Notes: generated by a model from the sequence alone, not told the origin. A DNA stretch of 64,000 bases from an uncultured Elusimicrobiales bacterium (GCA_944324645.1 CALUXB010000001.1:428837-492836); one strand, 5' to 3'. Shown: positions 18,443 through 28,693, numbered from the stretch's first letter. A program made the numbers and translations.

Positions 18443-19807
18443 ATGAAATTTAAAACGGTGTTTGTCTGCCAGCAATGCGGTTATGAGACCCCCAAATGGG
18501 CGGGCCAGTGCCCGCAGTGCGGGCAATGGAACACGCTGGCTGAAGAAGTAAAACAGCAGGAAAGCAAAAAAGAAAAACGCACCCGCTCTTTTACGGATTT
18601 TTCTTCGGAAATTATCAAGCTCTCTGACAGCCGCTCCGTGCAGGAGCAGCGCGTGCCTACCGGCATTGGCGAGTTTGACCGCCTGCTGGGCGGCGGCCTG
18701 GTCAAAGGGCAGATTACCCTTTTAGCCGGAGCGCCGGGCATTGGCAAAAGCACACTGATGCTGCAAGTAGCAGACGCGCTGGCAAAAAGTGTAAAGGTGC
18801 TTTATATCTCAGGTGAGGAAAGCATTAACCAAATTTCCGGCCGCGCCCAGCGGTTGGGCGTGCAAAACCCCAATATTTTCTTGCTTTGTGAGACCAATAT
18901 TCAAAACATTATAGAGTCGGTGGAAAAAGTAAATCCCGAGGTGCTGGTGCTGGACTCTATTCAAACGGTCTATCACCCGGAATTTACTTCTTCCGCCGGT
19001 ACCATTGGCCAAGTGCGCGAATGCGCCGCTGAGCTGGTGCGTCTGTGCAAACCCAAAGGTATTATGACCTTTGTGTTGGGGCACGTAACCAAAGACGGGG
19101 AGCTGGCGGGACCGAAAATTTTGGAGCATATGGTGGACTGTGTTCTCTATTTTGACACGGAAAAAGACAATGTGCTGCGTCTGCTGCGCCCGCATAAAAA
19201 CCGCTTTGGTTCCACGCAGGAAATCGGCCTTTTTAAAATGACAGGCCACGGCCTGGAAGGAGTGGAAAACGCCGGCGAATACTTTGCGCAAACCTCTGCA
19301 AGCACAGCACTCAAAGGGCGTGCCTATACTTTAGCTTTGGAAGGCTCCCGCCCAATTTTAACCGAAGTGCAGGCCCTGGCCAGCCCGACGCATTATCCCT
19401 ACCCGCGCCGGATAGCGACGGGGGTGGATTTAAACCGCTGTTTGATGTTGTTTGCGGCGCTGGAAAAGCACGTGGGGCTGAGTCTGGACAATAAAGACAT
19501 TTATGTCAGCATTGCCGGAGGAGTAAAACTGAAAGACCCGGCGCTGGACCTGGCTATTTGCGCGGCGGTCATTAGTTCCGTGCGCGATGTGCCCGTGCCG
19601 CACGATGCGATGTTTTTGGCCGAAGTGGGCATCTTGGGCCAAATTGCCAAAGTGCCGCTGATGGACAGACGTTTGGAAGAAGCGCAGCGGTTGGGGTTTA
19701 AAACCGCTTACAGTGCGCCGCTTGCCAAAGAAGAAAAGAAAAAACTTTCCTCACTTTCTCTGCAGGAAATTACCGAAATTAATGAGCTGGCTTTAAAATT
19801 GCGTTAA
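18443..19807 (+). CDS. radA: DNA repair protein RadA/Sms
   Basis: CxxC-CxxC zinc finger, GAPGIGKST, KNRFG, Lon-like C-terminus. Confidence 0.97.
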   Translation: MKFKTVFVCQQCGYETPKWAGQCPQCGQWNTLAEEVKQQESKKEKRTRSFTDFSSEIIKLSDSRSVQEQRVPTGIGEFDRLLGGGLVKGQITLLAGAPGIGKSTLMLQVADALAKSVKVLYISGEESINQISGRAQRLGVQNPNIFLLCETNIQNIIESVEKVNPEVLVLDSIQTVYHPEFTSSAGTIGQVRECAAELVRLCKPKGIMTFVLGHVTKDGELAGPKILEHMVDCVLYFDTEKDNVLRLLRPHKNRFGSTQEIGLFKMTGHGLEGVENAGEYFAQTSASTALKGRAYTLALEGSRPILTEVQALASPTHYPYPRRIATGVDLNRCLMLFAALEKHVGLSLDNKDIYVSIAGGVKLKDPALDLAICAAVISSVRDVPVPHDAMFLAEVGILGQIAKVPLMDRRLEEAQRLGFKTAYSAPLAKEEKKKLSSLSLQEITEINELALKLR

Positions 19808-19825
19808 CTTTTAGCCGGACAGGCC

Positions 19826-19856
19826 AAGCCCCCGCTGATGAAGCGGGGGCTTTTGT
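19826..19856 (+). terminator. Terminator after radA
   Basis: AAGCCCCCGCT-gatga-AGCGGGGGCTTTT. Confidence 0.8.
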
Positions 19857-20008
19857 ATGAAAAACTGGGTTGTTAAACCGCGGGAAGAAAGAGCGGGAGA
19901 GGGGAATGGTATCTTAAATTTTATACAAAGGCAACCGTCCGGCGCTGGTCCTTTGGCCGTGCAGCGCGTTTATGCTTCCTGGCAAAAGAGGCCCAAATGC
20001 CATTTATT

Positions 20009-21421
20009 TTAAGAAACGGAGGCGCGTTTTTTCTTGGGTGAAAATTTGCGGCTGAAAAAGAAGTTTTGCTTATATTTTGCAAAATAACCGCGCAGCATAA
20101 AATACGTCAGTATGCAGGAGAGGAAGTCCGCTATCGGCGGCGCAAAGAATACACCGTAAAGACCAAAGAACATAGGCAGTATCAGCACCAGCGGAATAAT
20201 AATCAATACTTGGCGCGATAAGCTCAGCACCGCGGCGCGGAAAGGTTTATTAATGGCCTGGAAGAAGCTGCTGCCCAATATTTGCAGGGCGTCAAAGGCC
20301 GTAAAAATATTTAAAATACGTACCGCTTTGGAGGCCAGCGCAATAAGTTCCTGGTCTGTGCCGTTAAAAATGCGCACAATATACGGCGCAAACAATAGGG
20401 CAATCATAGAGCCTGTAAAACCAACGGTGATACCCCAACGGATAGCCATTTTGAGCGTTTGGAAAGAGGTGGCGTATTTGCGTGCGCCATAGTTATAGCC
20501 AATCAGCGGTTGGGCGCCTTGGCTTAAGCCCAAAAGCGGCATTAAGAAAATGGCGTTGGAGCTGATGGCTATGCCCATAGCAGACACCGCCACATTGCCC
20601 CCGTATTTGAGCAGAGCGTGGTTTAACAACAGGTTTAAAGCGCTGGAAGCCAACTGAAATACCGATTGGGAAACTCCAATCAGCGCGCTGGCAGAAAGAA
20701 TGCTCCAGCGCAAACGCATATAACGAAAATGCAGTTTGTATTTGCTTCTCGGCCCTAAAAAGAAAAGCAAAATCCACGTAAAAGACACCACCTGCCCGCA
20801 TACGGTGGCGGAGGCCGCCCCGCGCATACCCCAACCTAATACAAAGATAGTCAGAGGGGCTACAGTTAAGTTCAAAAAAGCCCCGATAAACTGCGTTGCC
20901 ATAGCGGTTTTGGGATGGCCCGAAGAGCGAATAAAGTTGTTCATACCCGCCCCGACATTGAACAGACAATACCCCGGCAGTACCACCTGCATATAGGCGG
21001 TGGCATAGGGAAGTGTTACTTCATCTGCCCCCAGAAACGCCAGCACCGGGTCCATAAAAATATAGCCCAACGTCATTAATGCACCGCTAATTAAGAAAAG
21101 AGCCACAAAGGCATTGCCCAAAATATATTGGGCTTCTTCGTCATTTTTCTCGCCCAGACGAATGGAAAAAAGCGCATTGGATCCCACGCCGATAAGCACG
21201 CTGAAAGCCATAAAGAAAAAGCCCATAGGGAACAAAAGCGTAATGCTGGCTATGCCGGCTGCGCCAAACTCGTGCCCTACATAAATGCGGGAAATAATAT
21301 TGTAAAGCGCACTGACAAACATACCCGCTACCGCCGGTGCAGAAAATTTAATCAGCAGGCTGGATATGGTGCGTGCTTTAAAGGGATTGCCCGTTTTAAT
21401 AGCTTGTGTTTGCGTGTTCAT
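20009..21421 (-). CDS. MATE efflux transporter (MepA-like)
   Basis: About 12 TM helices; ALYNIISRIYVG, RSSGHPKTAM, GAQPLIGYNYGA. Start is ATG 21421 or TTG 21433. Confidence 0.92.
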   Translation of the reverse strand: MNTQTQAIKTGNPFKARTISSLLIKFSAPAVAGMFVSALYNIISRIYVGHEFGAAGIASITLLFPMGFFFMAFSVLIGVGSNALFSIRLGEKNDEEAQYILGNAFVALFLISGALMTLGYIFMDPVLAFLGADEVTLPYATAYMQVVLPGYCLFNVGAGMNNFIRSSGHPKTAMATQFIGAFLNLTVAPLTIFVLGWGMRGAASATVCGQVVSFTWILLFFLGPRSKYKLHFRYMRLRWSILSASALIGVSQSVFQLASSALNLLLNHALLKYGGNVAVSAMGIAISSNAIFLMPLLGLSQGAQPLIGYNYGARKYATSFQTLKMAIRWGITVGFTGSMIALLFAPYIVRIFNGTDQELIALASKAVRILNIFTAFDALQILGSSFFQAINKPFRAAVLSLSRQVLIIIPLVLILPMFFGLYGVFFAPPIADFLSCILTYFMLRGYFAKYKQNFFFSRKFSPKKKRASVS

Positions 21422-21592
21422 AGGGTCAGACAAATCAAGCCGCCCAGTACCGCGGCGGCTTGTGCTGTGCTTTAATTTATTTATATTTTATCAAAATGAG
21501 AGGGCAGACTCAACTTTTACCGTCCGCTTGGCAGGGCGAATATAATGGAGTAGTCGTTGCGGTCTGCTGAACACCTACAAATAGAATTTTGG

Positions 21593-22738
21593 TTAGCGTC
21601 CGCTCAGAAAAGTGCGTACGGGATGAAATTGACGGTCAAACACCGTAATGTCTGCATCCATACCGGCGGCTAAAGTACCTTTGTCTTTGAGCCCCAGCAG
21701 CCGGGCCGGGTTGGCCGTGGCGCAGGCGGTGGCGTGCGGCAGGGTAAAGCCAAAATGGACGAGGTTTTTAATCCCTTGCAGCATAGTCAGCGCAGAGCCT
21801 GCTATCACGCGGTCTGAGGCGCGTTTCCACACGCCGCCTTCAAAAACCACTTCTTCCTGGTTGGCTAAAAAGGGCGGATTGGGCTGTGCGGTGGGCCGCA
21901 AGGCATCGGTAATTAAAATGATATTTTGCTGGGGTTTTATTCGGCCTAAAAAATTGACTACGTCTGGGTGCACGTGCACGCCGTCGGCTATAATTTCGGC
22001 GGAAATATCCGGCTTCATCAGCGCCGCGCCTGCCGCGCCCGGGGCGCGGTGATTAAAAGAGCTCATTGCATTAAACAGATGGGTGGTGTGTTTGATACCC
22101 AGTTCTGCTCCGTGTAAGAATTCTTCGTAGGTGGCGTTGGTGTGCCCGGCTTGCAGCAAAATGTGTTTTTCTTGGCAGAAGGCAGCCAACTGTTCAATGC
22201 CGGCTAACTCCGGAGCGGCGGTCATAATGGCAATGTGCCCGCGGGCCGCCTGCCACAGCTCTTCTAATACAGCCATATCAATGGGGGTAATATCCTGCGG
22301 TTTCATTACGCCGGGTTTTTGGGGGGAAATAAAAGGGCCCTCCAAATGATAGCCCAAGAGCCGGGCCCCTTGTTCTTTGCCAAAAGCTCCGACGGTATTT
22401 TCTATAATCTGACGCATTTGCTGGGGTTGCCCGCAGTAAAGTGTAGGGCAGAACGCGCTGACCCCGTGTTTGGCAAGTTCCAAAGACATTTGCAACAGGG
22501 CTTGCTGCGTGCCCAATTCCGGCCCAAAACCGGCAAATCCGTGAATATGTAAATCCAGCAGCCCGGGGGCGGCGTAGGCGTCATTTGCGTCCCACACTTC
22601 TACCTCTTTTTCCAACGCCTGCAGCCGCTGGCAAGCAAACACGGCGGCAATTTTGCCGTCTTTAATTTCTATGCAATGATCCGGCAGCACCTTTTCCGGC
22701 GTAATGACGCGGGCGTTGATAATAAGCTGGTGGGACAT
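21593..22738 (-). CDS. nagA: N-acetylglucosamine-6-phosphate deacetylase
   Basis: DLHIHG, HLEGPF, TAAPE, HLFNAM, IADGVH, ITDA. Confidence 0.95.
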   Translation of the reverse strand: MSHQLIINARVITPEKVLPDHCIEIKDGKIAAVFACQRLQALEKEVEVWDANDAYAAPGLLDLHIHGFAGFGPELGTQQALLQMSLELAKHGVSAFCPTLYCGQPQQMRQIIENTVGAFGKEQGARLLGYHLEGPFISPQKPGVMKPQDITPIDMAVLEELWQAARGHIAIMTAAPELAGIEQLAAFCQEKHILLQAGHTNATYEEFLHGAELGIKHTTHLFNAMSSFNHRAPGAAGAALMKPDISAEIIADGVHVHPDVVNFLGRIKPQQNIILITDALRPTAQPNPPFLANQEEVVFEGGVWKRASDRVIAGSALTMLQGIKNLVHFGFTLPHATACATANPARLLGLKDKGTLAAGMDADITVFDRQFHPVRTFLSGR

Positions 22739-22756
22739 AGCAAACTCTCCTTGCTT

Positions 22757-23557
22757 TTATAAAGTCAGTATGACATCTTCGTCTGGCTGTTGGCGCCAGG
22801 CTTCTTCCAACTGGGCTTTTGCGCTTCCAGTCAAGGCGGACGCTGCCTGCGGGTCCACAAGCAGTGCTGCGCGCGGATGGGTTTTGAGCGCGGTAATAGG
22901 CCAGTTGGGTGTAATTTCACCCTGGGCCAAACGGGCCACGGCTTCTGCTTTGCTGGAGCCGGAGGCTAAAAACAGCAGTTCTTTGGCGTCCAGCACGGTG
23001 CCGATGCCTACGGTTAAGGCTTGCACTGGCACTAAGGCCGGGTTGTTGTTAAAGAAACGGGCGTTGGCTTGGCGGGTACTTTCGGTAAGTTCCATTACGC
23101 GTGTGCGGGAGTCAAAAGAAGATCCCGGCTCATTAAATGCCAAATGACCGTTGCGGCCTACTCCGCCTAAAAATAAATCTATTCCTCCAGCTTGCTTAAT
23201 GGCGCTTTCATACCGGGCGCATTCGGCAGGCAAATCTTTTGCCATACCGTCTAAAATATGTACATTTTCTGCTTTTGCGTCCACGTGGTCAAACAGATTA
23301 TGTTTCATATAGTAGTGGTAGCTTTGTTCGTGAGCCGGGGGCAGACCTACATACTCGTCCATATTAAACGTAATGATATTTTGAAAACTCATTTTGCCAT
23401 TTTGGACTAACCCTGACAAAGAAGCGTACATATCCACCACTGTGCCGCCGGTAGGCAACCCCAGCACAAAAGGTTTTTGTCCATTAGCTTGCCAGCGTGC
23501 GCGGATGTAGGAAGCGGCCCAAAGACCTAAATTATGTTTGCTGATAATCAGTTTCAT
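22757..23557 (-). CDS. nagB: Glucosamine-6-phosphate deaminase
   Basis: LGLPTGGT, FNMDEY, GVGRNGHLAFNEPG. Confidence 0.96.
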   Translation of the reverse strand: MKLIISKHNLGLWAASYIRARWQANGQKPFVLGLPTGGTVVDMYASLSGLVQNGKMSFQNIITFNMDEYVGLPPAHEQSYHYYMKHNLFDHVDAKAENVHILDGMAKDLPAECARYESAIKQAGGIDLFLGGVGRNGHLAFNEPGSSFDSRTRVMELTESTRQANARFFNNNPALVPVQALTVGIGTVLDAKELLFLASGSSKAEAVARLAQGEITPNWPITALKTHPRAALLVDPQAASALTGSAKAQLEEAWRQQPDEDVILTL

Positions 23558-23558
23558 A

Positions 23559-25094
23559 TTATTTGAGGTATTTTTTGATTTCGTCAGAAATTAGGTCCGC
23601 TTCCGGGCCGATAACCACCTGCACCGCCCCGCCGGCGGCTTTGACCACACCGCGCGCACCCAAGGCTTTTAAGGCGGCGGCGTCAATAAGTTCTGCGTTA
23701 ACTACTTCTAAACGCAGGCGCGTGGCGCAGGCGTCAATAGTTTTTATATTGTCTTTGCCGCCCAGCTTGCGCAGGTAATTGGCCCCGCGGCTTTGGTCGT
23801 CTGCGGGGGGAAAGCCGTTGGCTTGGGGGGCTGCCGTGTCTGCCTGAGGCGCTTGCTCTTTTGCGGCAGGAGCCGTAACAGCGGGTGAAACCGGGCCTGC
23901 AGCTTGCATAGCGGGCGTTTGGACGGCAACGGGAGCAGGCTCCTGGTCTGTTTCTTCGGGTTCGCGCCCGGGAGTGGTAAGATTAAATTTTACAATTGCC
24001 CACTTGAACAAGAAATAATACACCAGCGCATACACAATGCCGACCGGGATTAAATAGAGCCCGTTTTTACCCAGCCCGTAGCTGAGCAAATAGTCAAACA
24101 AACCGGCAGAGAACGTAAAACCCAGTTTAACGTCCAGTATGTTCATTACCACCAAAGACAAGCCCGTCAGTACGGAATGCAATACATACAGCGGGAAAGC
24201 CAAAAACATAAAAGAAAACTCTATCGGCTCTGTAATCCCTGTTAAAAAGGAAGTCAGTGCCATAGATAACAGCAACCCGCCAATGGCTTTTTTGCGGGTG
24301 GTTTTGGCGGTGGCAATCATCGCCAAACAGGCCGCCGGCAGGCCAAACATCATAATGGGGAAGAATCCTGCCATAAAAGGCCCGGCCATTGGGTCGCCTG
24401 CAAAGAAGCGGGATAAATCCCCCTGCACAACAGTTACCACCCCTTCTTTGATTACTTCAAAACTGCCAAATTGGAACCAAACCAAATTGTTTAAAATGTG
24501 GTGCAACCCCAGCGGGATAAGCAGGCGGTTGGCAATGCCGTAGAAGAAAAGGCCGACGTTGCCTGAGGTAATCGTCCAATCGCCAAATGCGCCGATGACC
24601 CGCGCAATCGGCGGCCAGACAAAATAGGCTGCCCCTGCAATAAGCAGACTGGCCGCCCCGGTAATGATGGGCACAAAGCGCCGCCCGCCAAAGAAAGCCA
24701 AGTAAGAGGGCAGTTTAATACTTTTGTATTTGTTATAAAGCAACCCGGCGGTAACACCTACAATAATGCCGCCCAACACGCCCATATCAATATCGTCGTC
24801 TAATACACCCAGGGAGGCGGTCAAAATCACATATCCTACATAGGCCGCCAGCGCCGCGGCGCCGTGGTTTTCATCAGCAAAGCCAATAGCTACGCCTAAG
24901 GCAAAAATGACCGGCAGGTTCGTAAAAACAGCCTGCCCGGCAGCTGCCATAAAGGCAATGTTGAGCAAGTCCGGCTGCCCTAGGCGCAGCAGCAGGCCGG
25001 CAATGGGCAATACGGCAATAGGCAGCATAAGGGCTTTGCCCAGTTTGACCAAACCCCTTCCAAAAGGGGCGAATGTGTTTTTGAAGTTTTGCAT
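23559..25094 (-). CDS. nagE: PTS GlcNAc-specific EIICB
   Basis: GKALMLPIAVLP, GITEPIEFSF, EIIB DACATRLR; long Ala/Pro linker. Confidence 0.94.
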   Translation of the reverse strand: MQNFKNTFAPFGRGLVKLGKALMLPIAVLPIAGLLLRLGQPDLLNIAFMAAAGQAVFTNLPVIFALGVAIGFADENHGAAALAAYVGYVILTASLGVLDDDIDMGVLGGIIVGVTAGLLYNKYKSIKLPSYLAFFGGRRFVPIITGAASLLIAGAAYFVWPPIARVIGAFGDWTITSGNVGLFFYGIANRLLIPLGLHHILNNLVWFQFGSFEVIKEGVVTVVQGDLSRFFAGDPMAGPFMAGFFPIMMFGLPAACLAMIATAKTTRKKAIGGLLLSMALTSFLTGITEPIEFSFMFLAFPLYVLHSVLTGLSLVVMNILDVKLGFTFSAGLFDYLLSYGLGKNGLYLIPVGIVYALVYYFLFKWAIVKFNLTTPGREPEETDQEPAPVAVQTPAMQAAGPVSPAVTAPAAKEQAPQADTAAPQANGFPPADDQSRGANYLRKLGGKDNIKTIDACATRLRLEVVNAELIDAAALKALGARGVVKAAGGAVQVVIGPEADLISDEIKKYLK

Positions 25095-25112
25095 AGCTTT
25101 CTCCGTTGAAGT

Positions 25113-27650
25113 TTATACGCCAAATTCTTTTTTGACCAGTTCACGCACTTGGTGTGCGTTTTCCAACGTGCAGGCTTCTTGGGCCACTTGGGCGCAATGT
25201 TTTTGGTTTAAGGTGCGCACTTGGGCTTTGATTTGTGCAATGGCATTGGCACCAACTGCCAGCTCGGTTACGCCTAGGCCTATCAGAAGAGGTACAGCCT
25301 GGGTGTCTGCTGCCATAGCGCCGCACACCGCCACCGGCCGGTTATGCTGGCGGGCGCCTTGGCAGGTCAGCCCAATCAACTTTAATACCGCCGGGTGCAA
25401 ATGGTCAGCCCGGGCGCATAGGGTTTTATGCCCGCGGTCTATAGCCAGTGTGTATTGGGTCAAATCGTTCGTGCCTAGAGAAAAGAAATCCGCCTGGGCT
25501 GCAAACTGTTGCGCCATTAACGCGGCGGAGGGCACTTCTATCATAATGCCTATCTCCACCGGGGCGGAAATACCCAGTTTTTCTTTTTCTTGGACAATGA
25601 TTTTTTTATATTCCGACAGTTCATCTACAAAAGTAACCATTGGCAGCATAATACGTATAGCCCCGGGCGGCTGCACCCGCAGCATCGCGCGGATTTGGGA
25701 AAGAAAAATATCCCGATATACACTATAATTTCTGACGCCGCGCAAACCCACAATCGGGTTTTCTTCAGGGGGCAGCGGCATATACGGCACAGGTTTATCT
25801 CCACCCACGTCCAATGTGCGCAGCGTAACCGGTTTGCCGTGCAAGGCCGCGACTATATTTTGATAGAGCATAAACTGCCGCTCTTCGGAGGGCACTTCTT
25901 GGCCTTGGAAGAATAAAAATTCCGTACGAACTAAGCCCAATCCGTCAGCTCCGTTTTCTGCTGCTGCCAGGGCCTCACGTTCGTTGGAGGCATTGCCGCA
26001 AATGTGAACCCATACGCCATCTTGCGTTCGGGCCGGCTCTGTGGCGGTCTTTTGGTTTTGGAGATGGGCGGCTTGTTCTTGGTGTAAGGCGGCGTCAAGT
26101 TGGCGGATTTGTTCTTCGGTCGGACGGACATAAAGCAGCCCCCCTGTGGCGTCTAAGCCCAGTTCTGTGCCGCTTTCTATAGCAAGAACACATTCCCCGG
26201 CCCCGACTAAAGCCGGCAAGCCCATATTCCTAAGCAAAATAGATACGTGTGCCGTAGGGGAACCATAAGCCAGCAGAACCCCTTTTACCCGGCTGTCAAA
26301 CAGAGCTAAGTCGGAAGGGAGCAATTCGTCCGCCACAATAATACAGTCATTGGGGAATGGCGGTTTTTGGGTTTGCACTCCCGTTAATTTGATTAGCACC
26401 CGGCGGCGCAAATCTTTAAAATCTGCAATGCGCTCCTGCAAAAAACGGTTTTTCGTCTTTTTGAGTATATCAATGCTGGCGCGGATTGCTTCGTTAAAAG
26501 CAAACGGCGCACTTTTGCCTTGGCGGATTTGTTGGGCAGATTGCTGGGCAAGGAAGGGGTCTTTTAGAAGCTCCGCGTGGGCTTGCAAAATTTCTTTGGC
26601 GGCTTTGCTGGGAGCGCAGAGAAGATCTGTTTCAAAATCAGAGGCGGTTTCTTCTAGGGCTTGCTCCAGGCGGGCTTGTTCTTCTGCTGCATTTGCGGCG
26701 TTTTCTTCAAAAGTTACGTCGGCGGCCGTGAACAGAAAGGCGCGCCCCCGGGCGATGCCTGCGCAAGCCGTCAGCGCTTTAAGTACGGCAGAGGAAGCAA
26801 AATCCGGCGTGTTGACGCTATTGCACAGGCAAGGGTTTTGGACGGAACAGGCAACGGGTTCAGTGGGGTTTTCTGCCGGATTTTCTCCTAATCCGCTTTC
26901 CAGCAGTTGGGCCAGTTCTTCCAAAGCGTGTGCTGCTTGCGGCTCAGACTGGGGGGCACGCAGGCAGACTTTGCTGCCGTGGCAGAGGGAAAGGCCCATA
27001 ATAGATACCAGACTTTTTGCATCGGCGGTATTTTCACCGCACACCAGCTGCAGCGGAAAATTAAATTTTTTAGCGGCTTCTGCCAAACGCCCTGCCGGAC
27101 GGGCGTGCAAACCATTGGCATTAGGTACGGTAACTAAACGGGAAAATTGCCAATCCTGCGTTGGGGCAGCAGCCGCAGACGGTTGGCAAACCTCTGCGGC
27201 AGGAAGGGAAAAGACTACATCCTTTCCAGCCTGCACCTGGGCGGCGGCGGCCTTGTGCAAGGCGGCGCCGTCCGGGGAAGTGACAATTAAAATAACTAGA
27301 TTGCTGGGCGCATTTTTTGCCAAAAAATCCGGGTTAAATTCTGTAAGGCGCTGGCCTTTTTTTACTTCGTCGCCTGCTTTAACTAAGGCTTTAAATCCTT
27401 TGCCCTGCAAATTAACTGTTTCTACTCCAACGTGAATGAGTACTTCCAGCCCCGGCCGGCCGATTACTACGGCGTGCAGGGCTTTGTGTACACTAATTAC
27501 TTTTCCGTCAAAAGGGGCTGCGGTAAAACCAGCGGTAGGGGCGACGGCTATTCCATCGCCGAGCATACGTTCACTAAAAGCCGGGTCTGGCACTTGTTCC
27601 AGCGGAACCAGTTGTCCGTCGGCGGGAGAAAAGACCTGTAGATCGGGCAT
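25113..27650 (-). CDS. Multiphosphoryl transfer protein EIIA(Glc family)-HPr-EI (NagF-like)
   Basis: EIIA LIHVG, HPr GLHARPA, EI phospho-His region GSPTAHVSIL, GLVRTEF, RTLDVGGDK, SLGTNDLTQY. Confidence 0.94.
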   Translation of the reverse strand: MPDLQVFSPADGQLVPLEQVPDPAFSERMLGDGIAVAPTAGFTAAPFDGKVISVHKALHAVVIGRPGLEVLIHVGVETVNLQGKGFKALVKAGDEVKKGQRLTEFNPDFLAKNAPSNLVILIVTSPDGAALHKAAAAQVQAGKDVVFSLPAAEVCQPSAAAAPTQDWQFSRLVTVPNANGLHARPAGRLAEAAKKFNFPLQLVCGENTADAKSLVSIMGLSLCHGSKVCLRAPQSEPQAAHALEELAQLLESGLGENPAENPTEPVACSVQNPCLCNSVNTPDFASSAVLKALTACAGIARGRAFLFTAADVTFEENAANAAEEQARLEQALEETASDFETDLLCAPSKAAKEILQAHAELLKDPFLAQQSAQQIRQGKSAPFAFNEAIRASIDILKKTKNRFLQERIADFKDLRRRVLIKLTGVQTQKPPFPNDCIIVADELLPSDLALFDSRVKGVLLAYGSPTAHVSILLRNMGLPALVGAGECVLAIESGTELGLDATGGLLYVRPTEEQIRQLDAALHQEQAAHLQNQKTATEPARTQDGVWVHICGNASNEREALAAAENGADGLGLVRTEFLFFQGQEVPSEERQFMLYQNIVAALHGKPVTLRTLDVGGDKPVPYMPLPPEENPIVGLRGVRNYSVYRDIFLSQIRAMLRVQPPGAIRIMLPMVTFVDELSEYKKIIVQEKEKLGISAPVEIGIMIEVPSAALMAQQFAAQADFFSLGTNDLTQYTLAIDRGHKTLCARADHLHPAVLKLIGLTCQGARQHNRPVAVCGAMAADTQAVPLLIGLGVTELAVGANAIAQIKAQVRTLNQKHCAQVAQEACTLENAHQVRELVKKEFGV

Positions 27651-27780
27651 AAATGCTCCTTGCAGGGATATTTTCTTTCATTATAGTATTTTACGCGCAG
27701 CTTTCAAGCGCAATATATAGGTTTGAATTTATTTCCAAAAACCTATATACTAAAAAGTAAGTGAAATAAAGGAGAAACAT

Positions 27781-28257
27781 ATGAAAAAATTTGCTTATTG
27801 GGGCCGCGGTGGTTTTACGCTGGCAGAGTTGATGGCGGTGGTGGTAATTATTGCTATTTTGGCGGGGATTGCTATTGGCTCTTACCGCCGCTCTGTAGAA
27901 AGAGCGCATTTTGCAGATATGCGTTCGCTGGCGCATCAGGTAGCGGCCGCACGGGATGTATATTATTATGATCATCAGTATGGTGGAAGCTCTGCTTCTA
28001 TGCCAACGGCGTTTAGTCTGCTCTCACTAGAACTGTCCGGCACGAATGGGGCAACCTATCAGGGAGCTCATTTTAAGCTGGATATTTCTAATTCCAGATA
28101 TGTTAAAGCAACTCATAACGACGGCAACTACGGCCTTTGTGTGTATCAGGAAGCCAATGTGCGCGGGAAGGTGTCGGATGAGAAATGTCTAGGCATAACT
28201 ACCGAGGGCAATGAATTTTGCCAAACGATGGGTTATACGCCGGCTTCAAGCTGTTAA
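27781..28257 (+). CDS. Type IV pilin-like protein
   Basis: G|FTLAELMAVVVIIAILAGIA; RBS AAGGAG; C-terminal Cys residues. Confidence 0.9.
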   Translation: MKKFAYWGRGGFTLAELMAVVVIIAILAGIAIGSYRRSVERAHFADMRSLAHQVAAARDVYYYDHQYGGSSASMPTAFSLLSLELSGTNGATYQGAHFKLDISNSRYVKATHNDGNYGLCVYQEANVRGKVSDEKCLGITTEGNEFCQTMGYTPASSC

Positions 28258-28270
28258 AAATAGATATATA

Positions 28271-28306
28271 ATAAAAATCCCGCGTGATAGACGCGGGATT
28301 TTTTAT
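28271..28306. terminator. Bidirectional terminator
   Basis: AAAAATCCCGCGT-gatag-ACGCGGGATTTTT. Confidence 0.85.
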
Positions 28307-28407
28307 GAAATTAAAGAGTCATCCGGGTTTCAGACGGGAAAGAAGAGTTCTTCTTCCCGTCTGCCAAGGCGGCCGGTAGGCCCGCTTGGCTTGGATGTGC
28401 CTGACGC

Positions 28408-28509
28408 TTATTTAATATGGTTGGTCAGGTAATGAGCGCCGCGGACGTTGTCCCCTACTTTTACCAGTGCCTCGGCGATTTTTTCCAGGATGCTGTTGCT
28501 TTTTGTCAT
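28408..28509 (-). CDS. Small 33-aa protein MTKSNSILEKIAEALVKVGDNVRGAHYLTNHIK (not in ORF track)
   Basis: AAAGGAG RBS 8 nt before ATG; AT-rich upstream region with TATAAT; downstream hairpin and terminator. Confidence 0.65.
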   Translation of the reverse strand: MTKSNSILEKIAEALVKVGDNVRGAHYLTNHIK

Positions 28510-28693
28510 TTTTATTTCTCCTTTATTAAAAATCTGTCTGTGGGGACGCGGAGAAATTTTCTATATAAATATTATACAAAATTTTACAATCTAAAAAAAT
28601 GCAGGGCAGTATAACATTTTTTTAAAATCAAAAGCAAGAAAAAAGAAGATTTTTATCCTTCGGCCCTGCTAAGCCTTTTTATATAATAAAAGT

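Noticed and set aside
21535-21578. Fluoride-riboswitch-like string GGCGA...GGAGT...TCGTT...ACACCTAC on the plus strand
   Set aside because: The pseudoknot is mismatched (GGAGT versus ACACC), the spacing is wrong, and no plus-strand gene follows.
28572-28589. Canonical Rex box upstream of nadB
   Set aside because: Four mismatches to TTGTGAA-N4-TTCACAA in very AT-rich DNA, and unlike the operator pair at adhE/rex.
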